Positions 1-9,776 are shown, numbered from the stretch's first letter. The stretch is DNA of 64,000 nucleotides from Capsulimonadaceae bacterium (GCA_965215505.1 OZ244065.1:1280001-1344000), one strand, 5' to 3'. Numbers and translations are program-made. The notes: generated from the letters alone by a model not told the origin.

Positions 1-268
1 AGATGTCATGGCGAAGATGGACGATACCTACCTCTATGGCGAGTGCAAGTGGAGCGGCAGTCGGCCTGTCGGGCTGGATGTTTACAACTCCTTGCAAGGC
101 AAAGTGGCGCGGCTGCCGAGCGCAGAGATGCGGCGCGAAGCCAGCTTTGTTTTATTTTCCATAGGAGGCTTCGTACCGGAACTGGAATTCATGGCCGCAA
201 ATGCCGAGAACCGCCTGCACCTTATCGGACCGGCAGACTTCCTGCCGGGGACGAAGGACACACAATGA
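1..268 (+). CDS. C-terminal part of an ATPase with DUF234-type (PD-(D/E)XK-like) tail; begins before the window
   Basis: YGECKW and FVLFSIGGF motifs typical of DUF234 C-termini; stop overlaps next start (ATGA 265-268). Confidence 0.65.
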   Translation, partial: DVMAKMDDTYLYGECKWSGSRPVGLDVYNSLQGKVARLPSAEMRREASFVLFSIGGFVPELEFMAANAENRLHLIGPADFLPGTKDTQ

Positions 269-990
269 TCACCGTCAAAGACATCGTGAAGACCTATAAG
301 ACCGGCAACATGGACCTGACCGTCCTGAAGGGCATCTCGCTGCACATCGCGGCAGGGGAGATGGTGGCGATCATGGGGCCGTCGGGGTCGGGCAAGTCCA
401 CGCTGATGAACATCATCGGCTGTTTGGACAAGCCCACGTCGGGGTCGTACACCCTGGATGGGGAGGAAGTGGCGCGGCTGGACGAGGGCGCGCTGGCGCG
501 CATCAGGAACCGCAAGATCGGGTTCGTCTTCCAGCAGTTCAACCTGCTGGCCCGGACGAGCGCGCTGCGGAACGTCGAGCTGCCGATGGTCTACTCGGGC
601 GTCGGCGGGCGCGTGGGCCGGGCGACGCGCGCCCTGGCGCGGGTGGGGCTGGCGGACCGGATGGACCACAAGCCGAACCAGTTGTCGGGCGGCCAGCAGC
701 AGCGGGTCGCCATCGCCCGTGCCCTGGTCAACGAGCCGTCCCTGCTGATGGCCGACGAGCCGACGGGGGCCTTGGACACGAAAACGGGCGAGGAGATCAT
801 GGCGCTATTCCAGGACCTGCACCGGGAGGGGAAGACCCTGGTGGTGGTGACGCACGAGGACGACATCGCCCGGCACTGCGAGCGGATCGTCAGGTTCCGG
901 GACGGCGAAATCGTCAGCGACGAGCCGGTAGGAGACCGGCTCCTGGCCGGGGACGGCGTCACTGCCGCTACTCATAGCGCAGGGCGGTGA
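265..990 (+). CDS. ABC transporter ATP-binding protein, MacB/LolD family
   Basis: Walker [10 protein letters not shown], signature LSGGQQQR, Walker [19 protein letters not shown] at 265 after GAAGGA. Confidence 0.95.
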   Translation: MITVKDIVKTYKTGNMDLTVLKGISLHIAAGEMVAIMGPSGSGKSTLMNIIGCLDKPTSGSYTLDGEEVARLDEGALARIRNRKIGFVFQQFNLLARTSALRNVELPMVYSGVGGRVGRATRALARVGLADRMDHKPNQLSGGQQQRVAIARALVNEPSLLMADEPTGALDTKTGEEIMALFQDLHREGKTLVVVTHEDDIARHCERIVRFRDGEIVSDEPVGDRLLAGDGVTAATHSAGR

Positions 991-2188
991 TCGGGTCCAG
1001 CCGGGCGGCCCGGAAGGCGGGGTAGATGCCGAAGAATAGGCCGACGCCGACGGCGAAGCCGAAGCCGAGTTCCGTGGCCCAGAACGGGACGAAGGTCGGC
1101 AATACTTTATGGGCGAAGTGGTCAATCAGCTTCGCCAGGCCGTAGCCGCACGAGACGCCGATCAGACCGCCCAACCCCGACACGACCATCGCCTCCACGA
1201 CGAACTGCAATAGGATGGCCCCGCGCGTCGCCCCGACCGCCTTGCGGATGCCGATCTCGCGCGTCCGCTCCGTCACCGAGACGAGCATGATGTTCATGAT
1301 GCCGATGCCGCCGGTCAGCAGGGCAAGCCCCCCCACCCCGCCCAGCACGAGCTGGATGCCGTTCAGCAGGGTGTCGAGCTGCTTCAGGATGCCCTCCTGC
1401 GTGTCCACGACGAAGTCCTTGTAGTTCAGGGGGTGGCGCATCTTGAGGACGCTCCACACCTGGTCCGCCGCCCCCTCCACCTGCGCGATCTCGTGGGAGC
1501 GGGTCGAGAAGCTGCTGATCTTGTCGCTGCCGGTGAAACGCTTCTGCACCGAGGTCAGCGGCGCATACAGGGCGTTGTTGAAGTCCTGGCCGCCCCCGCC
1601 CCGGTCCTTCTCCTCGATCAGCCCGACGACGGTCAGGGAAACGTCGGAGCCGTCCCCGGTCGTACAGCGTATCTCTTTGCCCAGCGGATCGGTATTGCCG
1701 AACAAATCCTGTTTGACCTTGTGGCCGATGACGCAGGCTTTTGCCCAGGCGGCCACGTCGTCCGCGCTGACGAAGCGGCCCTCGGCCAGCGGCAGGTTTT
1801 GCGTCTGGTTGTAGGTGTCCAGCACGCCGGTCAGGGTGAGCGAGCGGCGGTTACTGCCGACCTGGGCGACGACGGAGGAGTCGGCGCTGGGGCTGACCGC
1901 GCCGATCATGGGGCAGCGCGCCTCGACCGCCCGCGCGTCCTCCATCGTCAGGCCCGCGAAGCCGCCGCGCTGCACGGTCCCCAGCTTCGGCTGGTAGGAG
2001 GCGAAGATGAGGTTGGCCCCGTTGCCGGCGAACTGGTCTAGAATCTGCTGCCGGATGCCCTGGACGATGGCGATCATCACGATGACGGACATGACGCCGA
2101 TGATGACGCCGAGCATGGTCAGCAGGGCGCGCAGCTTGTTCGCCCACAGCGCGGCGAGGGCGACCCGGATGGACTCAAAGAAGATCAT
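968..2188 (-). CDS. ABC transporter permease, MacB/FtsX family
   Basis: [54 protein letters not shown]. Confidence 0.95.
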   Translation of the reverse strand: MIFFESIRVALAALWANKLRALLTMLGVIIGVMSVIVMIAIVQGIRQQILDQFAGNGANLIFASYQPKLGTVQRGGFAGLTMEDARAVEARCPMIGAVSPSADSSVVAQVGSNRRSLTLTGVLDTYNQTQNLPLAEGRFVSADDVAAWAKACVIGHKVKQDLFGNTDPLGKEIRCTTGDGSDVSLTVVGLIEEKDRGGGGQDFNNALYAPLTSVQKRFTGSDKISSFSTRSHEIAQVEGAADQVWSVLKMRHPLNYKDFVVDTQEGILKQLDTLLNGIQLVLGGVGGLALLTGGIGIMNIMLVSVTERTREIGIRKAVGATRGAILLQFVVEAMVVSGLGGLIGVSCGYGLAKLIDHFAHKVLPTFVPFWATELGFGFAVGVGLFFGIYPAFRAARLDPITALRYE

Positions 2189-2191
2189 GGG

Positions 2192-2683
2192 TCATGCGGC
2201 CTCACCCGCCGTCGTCTTCCGGTACGCCGCGATCCGGGCGAGCAAGTCGTCCGGCAGGTGATAGCCGGTCAGGCGGCTCAGGATGTCCTCGACTTGTTCC
2301 CGGTAGGCCGGAGTCCGCAGGCTCTCTTCAAACCGCATGGCCTCCAGGAGCAGCACGAGGGCTTTATGCAGGCCGGCCTGGGCGGCGACGGTGCGGCTCT
2401 GCGCCTCGTAGACGTCCGCCTGCGCGGCCAGCAGGCGGGCGGCGATGACGCACCGGGCGGGGTCCAGGCCGCCGCCCATGCGGAACAGGTTCAGCAGCGT
2501 CTCGTCGGGCAGCACGGTGAGGGTGGCGAGGTTCAGGCCGGTCATCTTCTTGCAGGCGTCGGCGGCCTCGGTCAGCGCGGCGGCGTACCGCCCGCTCTCC
2601 TTGCCGGTCAGGATGCGGGCGAGGACTTCGGCCAGCATCTCGATCTGCTGCTCGACATAGCCTTTGCGGGAGCGTTGGAACAT
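2192..2683 (-). CDS. DUF6483-like helical protein
   Basis: N-terminal YVEQQIEMLAEVLARIL pattern; operonic spacing. Confidence 0.6.
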   Translation of the reverse strand: MFQRSRKGYVEQQIEMLAEVLARILTGKESGRYAAALTEAADACKKMTGLNLATLTVLPDETLLNLFRMGGGLDPARCVIAARLLAAQADVYEAQSRTVAAQAGLHKALVLLLEAMRFEESLRTPAYREQVEDILSRLTGYHLPDDLLARIAAYRKTTAGEAA

Positions 2684-2692
2684 AGCGTTGCC

Positions 2693-3133
2693 TTATGAGC
2701 GGAAGTCTATCTTCTCGGGGTCTATCCCGGCCTCGGCGTACTTCCGTCTCAGGAAAGCCGCGTCTTCGGGGTAGAACGCTTCCCACCCGCGCGCCTGGAT
2801 GAAAGAAGCGTACTGGATGAGTTTGCTCGCCTGCCAGCTCTCGTAGCCATAGTCTTCCAGTTTCTGGCGGATGACCATATAGTGCAGAGGGTTTGTTTGC
2901 GACAGGTCCCGCAGGGCGCTCGTCGCCTGCTGGCGCAGAGACTCCATCACTGGGTCGGATGCGCGCCGGGCGTAGATGGCGGCTTCGGCTTGCTCGACGT
3001 ACTTCAAACGGGCGGCGTAATATTCTTCATCCAGATGCCGCTCCCGGAGATACTTCTCACGCATCCTGCCGAGTTCCGCCAGCTTGTCGTCTGCGCTAGG
3101 CGGCCCATTCGGCTCCCATACGGCTCTGATCAT
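2693..3133 (-). CDS. hypothetical protein
   Basis: 146-aa ORF filling the gap in the operon, AGGAG upstream. Confidence 0.6.
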   Translation of the reverse strand: MIRAVWEPNGPPSADDKLAELGRMREKYLRERHLDEEYYAARLKYVEQAEAAIYARRASDPVMESLRQQATSALRDLSQTNPLHYMVIRQKLEDYGYESWQASKLIQYASFIQARGWEAFYPEDAAFLRRKYAEAGIDPEKIDFRS

Positions 3134-3148
3134 CCCTTGTCTCCTGGC

Positions 3149-6100
3149 CTACCCGCCCGGCCCGTCGCTGAAGTTCGTCTTGCGCCGGGCCGTGCCGTCG
3201 AGCGGCGAGACGATCAGGTTCTCGCCCGCGTGCAGGCCCGAAACGATCTCCACGTCGGTGTCGCTCCGCAGGCCCGTGACGATGGTTCGCTTTTCCTGAA
3301 GCCCTGACCCCTTCAAGACCGTCACCTGGCCCTGAGTGCCGGTGAAGGGGATGGCTTCCAGGGGCGCGAGGACGACATGGGCGTGCTTCTGGCTGATGAT
3401 GGCGACGTTGGCACTCATGCCGGAGCGCAGGCGCGGGTCGTAGCGGGCGAAGCCGACCTTGACCGAGAACTTGGAGATCGAGCTGGTGCTGCTCGCGCTG
3501 GTCGTGTCGAAAGCGTTGGTGGAGGCGGGGGCGATCTCCGTCACCGCCCCCGCGAAGGTGGCGTCCGGCAGGGCGTCCACGGTGATGCGGGACGGGGCGC
3601 GGGCGTGGACTTTAGAGATGTCTACCTCGTTGATGCCGACCTTGACCTCCAGGCGGCTGCCGAGGGTGGCGACGAGGGCCTGGGCATCGGAAAAGCCGGT
3701 GGTCGCGCTCTGGACGATCTCGTTCGGCTCCTTGTACTTCTTCAGCACGATGCCCGAGGCGGGGGCGACGATGCGCGTGTCGCTGATGTTCACCTGGAGC
3801 TGCTGGATGTTGCCGCTGATCTGGGCCACGCTGGCGACGGCCTGGGCGATGTCGGACCGCTTCACCGAATCCTGGCCCTGGTTGGCGCGGGCGGCGGCGA
3901 GCTGGGCGCGGGCCGCCGCCACCTGGGCGCGGGCGTCGTTCACGTCCTGGACGCGTGGCCCGGCCTGGGTGAGCAGGAGGGCCTGCTTCGCGGTGGCGAG
4001 GCTGCTGGCGGCGGTGTCCACGGCGACCTGGGCGGTATCGTAGTCGGCCTGGGAGACGAAGCCCTTGCCCAGAAGGCTCTGGCGGCGCTTTTGGGTGCGG
4101 ACGGCGTCGTCATAGGCGATCTGCGCGCGGGAGACGGCTTCTTTCTGCTGGTCCAGCTCCTGGGGGCGCGCGCCCGCCGCCACGGCGGCGAGGTGCGCCT
4201 GGGCGGTGTTCAGGCCCGCCTGGGCCTGGACGATGGCCGCAGCCGTCTGCTTGACCTGCAAGGCGTATTCCGCCTTCGTCTGGGCGAGCCGGGCCTGCGC
4301 CTGACGGAGCTGGGCCTGGTCGCCGGTGAGGGCGGGGTCGATCAGGGAGCGGTCCACGATGGCGATGAGCTGGCCCCTGGTGACGTACTGGCCTTCCTGG
4401 ATGGGGATGGAGAGCAGGCGGCCCGCCGCCTTGCTCTTGACATCTACTTTGTCGGCAGGCTCGATGGTGCCGGTTTCGGAAACCTGGATCACGATGTCGC
4501 CGAGATGGGTCCGCACCGTGCGCGGCGGGGGCGGCGGCTTGTGCAGGGACTTGTTGACCCGCAGGCCCACGGTGAGGCCGAGGCCGAGCAGGACGGCGAC
4601 GATGAGTAGGGGCCGGAGGAGTCGTTTGGCTGTGGTTTTCGTAAACAAAAAGAATGTCCCATCAGGCGGATACGCCCGGTAAGCGCGAGTCGCCGCGCGC
4701 CAGAGCAGCAGATTTACGAAACCACACCCGGCGGCGAAGAGCAGGCACGCCGGTACGGGCGGCATCCCCAGGTTCAACGGGACAGCCAGGAACAGGGCCA
4801 GGACCGGCGTCAGCAGGGTCGCCAGCAGGAACTGCACACCCTGGGCGATCCCGGCCTGGAGTTTGTCCTCCAGGCTCGGGTAGGAAAGCGCGATGGTGTA
4901 TTGTAGCAGGCTAAGGCACAGAGATACAAGGGGCAGGCAAAGAAGGATGCAGGCGGCGAGTACGAAGGCCGAGCCGCCGAAGGACAGCAGGAGCAGCGCG
5001 CAGGTCAGATAGAAGGGCGCGGCGAGCAGGACGCGCGGCAGGACCTCGGCCAGAACGACTGCCCCGGCGGGGAGCGGCAGGGGCCGGATCAGCGGCTCGC
5101 GCAGCAGGGCACGCCGGAAATAGAAGATGCCGCCGCCGATCGTCGTCCCCATGAGGTAATAAAGCGTCGCCATGCCGAGGAGCGCAGGGGCGGTGTCATC
5201 CCGAACGCGCAGGGCGGCGACGGCGACGAGGGCCCCGCCCAGGGCGGGCGAGGCGAAATTCCCGAAGGGCCTCTTGGCCGCCGCCGACAGGTGCGCCCAG
5301 ACGACGGCCCAGACATTGCGCCCGAGAGGCGGCAGGCTCATCGGGGCGCGGGGCCGCTTGGAAGAGGCCGGCCGGAACCACCACTGCCCGTCGCTCATCG
5401 CCTGCTGCGCCCGTGCCAGCCGCTCGGTCGCCCCGGCCGCCGCCTCGTGGAAGTTCACGCTGGGCGCAAGGACCAGGACGAGGGTCAGCCCATAAAAGAG
5501 CGCGAGCTGCCCGCCCGCCATCCAGCCCTTCCCCGCGTTCGTCGCCAGCGCGACATCGGCGGCCAGCCGGCAGGGATAGAACAAGACCGGCAGCAGCCCA
5601 TGCTCCACGGTGCCGGTCAATCCGGCGATGCCGTAACGGCGGCTGAGGAAGACGGCATAGGCGACCAGGAGCGCCGCGGCTCCCAGGTAGACGCGCCGCA
5701 GGGGGACGGAGCGGCCCAGGCCGTAGACCAGGTCCAGGGCGACGGAGAGGTTCTGATACCCGCCCGCGCAGGCGAAAAAGGCCGCCATCAGAGTCCAGAC
5801 CGGCAGCGCGGAGAGCGCCGGACCGGCAGGGTGCTGGAAGACGTTGTAGAGGATGGCGAGCAGGATGCCCGGCGCGGGTGCGAGCAGCTTATAGGCGAGG
5901 ACGAGGCGGCTGGGGAGCGGGGCGAGGAACAGGTAGTCGGTGTCGGACTTGGAATACGTCAGCGTCCCGCCGGCGAAGCCCCGGTCCAGCAGGGCCGCCA
6001 TGAGCAGCGACAGGAGCAGGAAGAGGGCGGCGTGGGCCTCAGCCCTGTGGGCCGGGAGGGAATCCAGAAGAGCCAGGGGGGGCGGGGTCCCCGCCGGCGG

Positions 6101-6247
6101 GTGCGTGACCGTGTGCATGGCCGTGTAGATAAACCCGACCGCCACCAGAGCCGCCAGGACGAGCGGAATCAGCTTGCGGGGGTTGGTTAGGGCGTCGCGC
6201 AGGGTGTTCTTGAGCTGCCACAGCGCGAGCCGGAGGAGGACGCTCAC
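3149..6247 (-). CDS. fusion of multi-pass putative ABC exporter permease (N-half) and efflux periplasmic adaptor/MFP (C-half)
   Basis: About 530 aa hydrophobic with DTDYLFLAPL motif, then V(D)VKSKAAGRLL, coiled coil, IVAPASGIVL, INEVDISKV, LRSGMSANV, GLRSDTDVEIVSGL. Confidence 0.85.
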   Translation of the reverse strand: MSVLLRLALWQLKNTLRDALTNPRKLIPLVLAALVAVGFIYTAMHTVTHPPAGTPPPLALLDSLPAHRAEAHAALFLLLSLLMAALLDRGFAGGTLTYSKSDTDYLFLAPLPSRLVLAYKLLAPAPGILLAILYNVFQHPAGPALSALPVWTLMAAFFACAGGYQNLSVALDLVYGLGRSVPLRRVYLGAAALLVAYAVFLSRRYGIAGLTGTVEHGLLPVLFYPCRLAADVALATNAGKGWMAGGQLALFYGLTLVLVLAPSVNFHEAAAGATERLARAQQAMSDGQWWFRPASSKRPRAPMSLPPLGRNVWAVVWAHLSAAAKRPFGNFASPALGGALVAVAALRVRDDTAPALLGMATLYYLMGTTIGGGIFYFRRALLREPLIRPLPLPAGAVVLAEVLPRVLLAAPFYLTCALLLLSFGGSAFVLAACILLCLPLVSLCLSLLQYTIALSYPSLEDKLQAGIAQGVQFLLATLLTPVLALFLAVPLNLGMPPVPACLLFAAGCGFVNLLLWRAATRAYRAYPPDGTFFLFTKTTAKRLLRPLLIVAVLLGLGLTVGLRVNKSLHKPPPPPRTVRTHLGDIVIQVSETGTIEPADKVDVKSKAAGRLLSIPIQEGQYVTRGQLIAIVDRSLIDPALTGDQAQLRQAQARLAQTKAEYALQVKQTAAAIVQAQAGLNTAQAHLAAVAAGARPQELDQQKEAVSRAQIAYDDAVRTQKRRQSLLGKGFVSQADYDTAQVAVDTAASSLATAKQALLLTQAGPRVQDVNDARAQVAAARAQLAAARANQGQDSVKRSDIAQAVASVAQISGNIQQLQVNISDTRIVAPASGIVLKKYKEPNEIVQSATTGFSDAQALVATLGSRLEVKVGINEVDISKVHARAPSRITVDALPDATFAGAVTEIAPASTNAFDTTSASSTSSISKFSVKVGFARYDPRLRSGMSANVAIISQKHAHVVLAPLEAIPFTGTQGQVTVLKGSGLQEKRTIVTGLRSDTDVEIVSGLHAGENLIVSPLDGTARRKTNFSDGPGG

Positions 6248-7002
6248 GGGGCGGCCCCCTCTTGCGGCTCGCGCTCCGTCAGGCTCAGGAACATTTCTTC
6301 GAGCGTCGCGCCCGCCGTCACCCGCGCGTGCAGGTCGTCCATCGTGCCCTGTTCCACCACCGCGCCCCGGTCCATGATGATCACGCGGTCGCAGAGCCGC
6401 TCGGCGGTGTCAAGCATGTGAGTCGAAACCAGCACGGCGGCACCCGACGCGCGCGCCTCGCGCAGCATCTCCTTCAGCTCACGGGCACCTTTGGGGTCGA
6501 GGCCGATCAATGGCTCGTCGAAGCAGAAGACGCGCGCCCGGTGGATGAAGGCGCAGGCACAGGCGAGCTTCTGCTTCATGCCTTTGGAGAGGTTCGCCCC
6601 CAGCTCGCCGCGCTTCTCCCAAAGGTCCAGCCGCTTCAGGACGGCTTCGGCCTGCCCCATCTCCTCCTCGGCGTCGTAGGCGGCGGCGATGAAGCGCAGG
6701 TGTTCCCACACTGTCAGCATCTCGTAAGGGTTGGGGATCTCGGGGACATATGCCAGTGCCCGCTTGGCGTCCTGGGCGTGTGTTCCGAGGTCGAAGCCGC
6801 CGATACAGACTCGACCCGATGTGGGCCGCAGGAGGGAAGCGATGCAGCGGATCGTTGTCGTTTTGCCGGCCCCGTTCGGCCCCAGCAGGCCGACGATCTC
6901 GCCGCCGGAGACGGAGAACGTCAGGTCGCGGACGGCCTCGAAGCGGCCGAATCGCTTGGTCAGACCGGTGATCTCTAGTAGAGGCGTCTGGGAGGTGATC
7001 AT
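6244..7002 (-). CDS. ABC transporter ATP-binding protein (CcmA/NatA-like)
   Basis: GPNGAGKTT, LSKGMKQK, FDEPLIGLDP, VSTH. Confidence 0.95.
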   Translation of the reverse strand: MITSQTPLLEITGLTKRFGRFEAVRDLTFSVSGGEIVGLLGPNGAGKTTTIRCIASLLRPTSGRVCIGGFDLGTHAQDAKRALAYVPEIPNPYEMLTVWEHLRFIAAAYDAEEEMGQAEAVLKRLDLWEKRGELGANLSKGMKQKLACACAFIHRARVFCFDEPLIGLDPKGARELKEMLREARASGAAVLVSTHMLDTAERLCDRVIIMDRGAVVEQGTMDDLHARVTAGATLEEMFLSLTEREPQEGAAP

Positions 7003-7049
7003 GTTGACCTAACGCGGCCCGAAGCCGGAACGGTTCGCGGGTGCGGTGT

Positions 7050-8174
7050 CTACCGGTTGTCGGAGAGTTTGGCGGGCTTGTGGCGGCTCGCCAGGAGCAG
7101 CACAGTCCGCGCCTTGCGGGCGGCCAAAGCGGTCTGGCACTCGCGCTCGTAGGGCGAGAGGCTGGCAGGATTCGAGGTCTGCATCGCCTCGGCGCGCGCC
7201 TCCAAAACCGCCCCGCGCTGACGCCAGTTGCCGAAGCGGGACGCCTGGCAGCGTTTCAGCAGGGCGCGGCGGAACGCGCCCTCGGGCCAGAGGGCGGGGT
7301 CATCGGCGGTCGCAGCCGCGCGGGCGGCGCGGGCGGCGTCGCCGATGTATTCGCGGGCGTGGCGGGGGTTGTTGGTCCAGAGCGCGAAGACGAGCGCCTG
7401 GGCGTAGGGATCGCCCCCCGTCAGCTCCGACACTGTGGCATCGCGTCCGGGCTTGTGGAAGGGGACGCCGGGGAGGGAGCGCGTCAGCACGTCATCCACG
7501 ACGCGCTGGGCGTATTCGCGCTGGAACTGCTGGACGGGCCGCTGACGCCCGGCACGGGCGAAGACGGTGGCCCAATAGGTCACGACCCTGGGGTCATAGT
7601 TGCCGACCAGCGCGGAGCCTCGGAAGGCCAGCCGCATGTCGCCCGGCGTCCCGAGCGGCTTGCCGTAGACGACCAGCCCACGCGCGTCCACGTCCAGCCC
7701 CTGCCTGACGAAGACCTTGTCCCAGACGCGCCCCTGGCCCGTTCCGATCAGCCGCCGCTTGATGTAGACCAGGGCGGGCGGCAGGCTGTCGGTGGCGGCC
7801 GTCCACTGCATGACGCCCCAGGACAGCACGCCCTTGTCGTACATATTGACCGAGTCGAAGCCGCCTTCGAGCGACTGCGTGACGTCCAGGATGAAGATGT
7901 TGCGCGTCGTGACGTCCTCGGGCCGAATCCAGCGCGTGGAGCGCACCTCGACGCCGTTCTCCAGGTTCATCCGGCGCAGGAAGTTGAACCGGGCCGGGTC
8001 CCGCGTCATGTCCGGCAGGACGTAAGGCTTCACGACCACGGGCGCGAGGTCCAGCACCACCTGTTCCGGCACCTTCGGCGCGTGGTGATGGTGCCGGTGG
8101 TGGGACGCCATCGCGCCGTGCCCCGCCGCCAGCAAAGAGAAAGAGAGTGCCGTCGTTTTCCAGAACCGCTTCAT
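7050..8174 (-). CDS. exported protein, possible lysozyme-like domain
   Basis: Signal peptide, His-rich stretch, SLEGGFDSVNMYDKGVLSWGVMQWT motif. Confidence 0.55.
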   Translation of the reverse strand: MKRFWKTTALSFSLLAAGHGAMASHHRHHHHAPKVPEQVVLDLAPVVVKPYVLPDMTRDPARFNFLRRMNLENGVEVRSTRWIRPEDVTTRNIFILDVTQSLEGGFDSVNMYDKGVLSWGVMQWTAATDSLPPALVYIKRRLIGTGQGRVWDKVFVRQGLDVDARGLVVYGKPLGTPGDMRLAFRGSALVGNYDPRVVTYWATVFARAGRQRPVQQFQREYAQRVVDDVLTRSLPGVPFHKPGRDATVSELTGGDPYAQALVFALWTNNPRHAREYIGDAARAARAAATADDPALWPEGAFRRALLKRCQASRFGNWRQRGAVLEARAEAMQTSNPASLSPYERECQTALAARKARTVLLLASRHKPAKLSDNR

Positions 8175-8280
8175 CGTGATCCTATCCGCCGTCGCTATGG
8201 TGCCTGTCAGTCATGCCAGTAGGTTATACCAGAGCCAGCCCGCTCCTTGTTGCACGGCAGCGGGTTTTTTGCCGGCATCC

Positions 8281-8754
8281 TCAGCCGGCGCGCTTCTTGC
8301 CCAATGCCTCGCGCGCCGCCTCCGCCGTGTCCGGGTCGTCGTCGGCTCGCAGACGCTCCAGCGTCTCCCGCGCCCGCACGTCGCCCAGCGCCCCCAAGGC
8401 CCAGGCGACCGCGCCGCGCACGGCGGCGGCCTCGTCCGAAGCCCGCGCCATCAGTGCCGGGACGGCCTCCCGGTCCCCGATCTGCCCCAGGGCGACGGCG
8501 GCCGCTCCGCGCTCGTTGGCCGTGCCGCCCGTAAGCAGCGCGAGCAGCGCCGCCGCAGCCTCGGCCGCCCGCAGCTCACCCAGCGACAACACCGCGCTCA
8601 CCCGGACGATGCCCGACGGGTCGGCGAGCGCCACCGAGAGCGCCTTGACGGCCCGCGCGCCGCCGATCTCGCCCAGCATCTCGGCGGCGTCGGCCCGGAT
8701 GTTCTCGTCCGCGTCCTGCTCCAGCAGGGTGATCAGTTCCTCAAGTTCGTTCAT
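8281..8754 (-). CDS. HEAT/PBS-lyase repeat protein
   Basis: Repeated VRxxAAxALGxIGD units; start MNELEE after GAAGG. Confidence 0.85.
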   Translation of the reverse strand: MNELEELITLLEQDADENIRADAAEMLGEIGGARAVKALSVALADPSGIVRVSAVLSLGELRAAEAAAALLALLTGGTANERGAAAVALGQIGDREAVPALMARASDEAAAVRGAVAWALGALGDVRARETLERLRADDDPDTAEAAREALGKKRAG

Positions 8755-8770
8755 GTGGCCTTCGATTCTG

Positions 8771-8800
8771 TTGACAATCTCTTGTGGACTAGCGTATAAT
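8771..8800 (+). promoter_or_regulatory. consensus sigma70/sigmaA promoter
   Basis: TTGACA (8771-8776), N18, TATAAT (8795-8800). Confidence 0.85.
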
Positions 8801-8821
8801 AACCGAGAGGATACCCCACCG

Positions 8822-9502
8822 ATGAAGCTGATGGAACAGCAGGAAGCGCGCCGGATGCGCCGCGACGAGGGTTTGTCCCTGAACGAGATCGCCGCCCGTC
8901 TGCAAGTATCGAAAAGCTCGGTCAGTCTTTGGGCGCGAGACATCGTGCTGACTGAACCGCAGATCGCGCAGTTGATGGCGCAGAACCCACTATACAACGG
9001 ACAAATGCGTTCGAGCCAACTGAGCAAAATACGCTCGCGAGCTATCCGGTTGGGCTACCAAGAGACAGGACGCCAACGGGCGCGGCAGGGCGACCCGCTC
9101 CACATGGCGGGCTGCATGCTCTATTGGGCGGAGGGAAGCAAGGGGCGCTGTGATGTGGCCTTCACCAATTCCGACCCGGAGATGGTCGCGTTTTTCGTCC
9201 ACTTCTTGCAGCGGTGCTACAGCGTTCAGAAGCACGAGATCGCGGTCTACGTCAACTGCTTCGACGACCAAGCAGCCGTTGATGTGATCGAGGACTTCTG
9301 GCTGGAAAGACTGGGATTGCCGCGAGCGCAGATCAGGAAGACTACGCTCAACTACTTCTCATCGTACTCGCAGAAGAAGCGCGTCGGCCGCCTGAAGTTT
9401 GGGACCTGTCGGGTGGTAGTCCATCGGACCGAGATTGTTCAAAACATCTATGGAGCCATCCGAGAATACGCGGGGTTCCAGTGTGAGAAGTGGCTGGATT
9501 AA
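8822..9502 (+). CDS. HTH plus LAGLIDADG-like endonuclease-fold protein
   Basis: N-terminal GLSLNEIAARLQVSKSSVSLW helix-turn-helix; AGCMLYWAEGSK...FTNSDPEMV resembles a single LAGLIDADG motif. Confidence 0.7.
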   Translation: MKLMEQQEARRMRRDEGLSLNEIAARLQVSKSSVSLWARDIVLTEPQIAQLMAQNPLYNGQMRSSQLSKIRSRAIRLGYQETGRQRARQGDPLHMAGCMLYWAEGSKGRCDVAFTNSDPEMVAFFVHFLQRCYSVQKHEIAVYVNCFDDQAAVDVIEDFWLERLGLPRAQIRKTTLNYFSSYSQKKRVGRLKFGTCRVVVHRTEIVQNIYGAIREYAGFQCEKWLD

Positions 9503-9520
9503 CCCACGAAGAGAGAAAAT

Positions 9521-9592
9521 GCGGGTGTAGCTCAGTGGTAGAGCACCGACCTTCCAAGTCGGCTGTCGCGAGTTCAAGCCTCGTCGCCCGCT
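9521..9592 (+). tRNA. tRNA-Gly(TCC), CCA not encoded
   Basis: Acceptor GCGGGTG/CGCCCGC, D-arm GCTC/GAGC, anticodon stem CCGAC/GTCGG with loop CTTCCAA, TTCAA T-loop. Confidence 0.95.
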
Positions 9593-9620
9593 TCCTCTTC
9601 TTCAGTCACGCCCGTTAAAG

Positions 9621-9694
9621 CGCCTGGTGGCTCAGTTGGATAGAGCAAGAATCTTCTAAATTCTAGGTCGGGGGTTCGAGTCCCCCCCAGGCGA
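9621..9694 (+). tRNA. tRNA-Arg(TCT), CCA not encoded
   Basis: Acceptor CGCCTGG/CCAGGCG, A20 in D-loop, anticodon stem AGAAT/ATTCT with loop CTTCTAA, GGGGGTTCGAGTCCCCC. Confidence 0.95.
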
Positions 9695-9741
9695 TATTTC
9701 CCGACCGAACCGCATTCCACGCGCGAACAGCATCCCAAAAC

Positions 9742-9776
9742 AGAAAGGGACGCCTCACCAGGAGGCGTCCCTTTCT
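9742..9776. terminator. bidirectional intrinsic terminator
   Basis: 15-bp stem AGAAAGGGACGCCTC / GAGGCGTCCCTTTCT between convergent units. Confidence 0.8.

Noticed and set aside
8238-8270. CCCGCT...AGCGGG-T6 hairpin as terminator of a hidden plus-strand RNA
   Set aside because: Short stem with a large loop and no supporting plus-strand promoter or gene
8213-8821. Long N-terminal extensions in the ORF track (8213, also 43, 18706, 23217, 32490, 38430)
   Set aside because: They overlap neighbouring genes; motifs, RBS or promoter position support later starts
9521-9694. tRNAs as prophage or island attachment sites
   Set aside because: No integrase and no duplicated tRNA 3' end seen in the window
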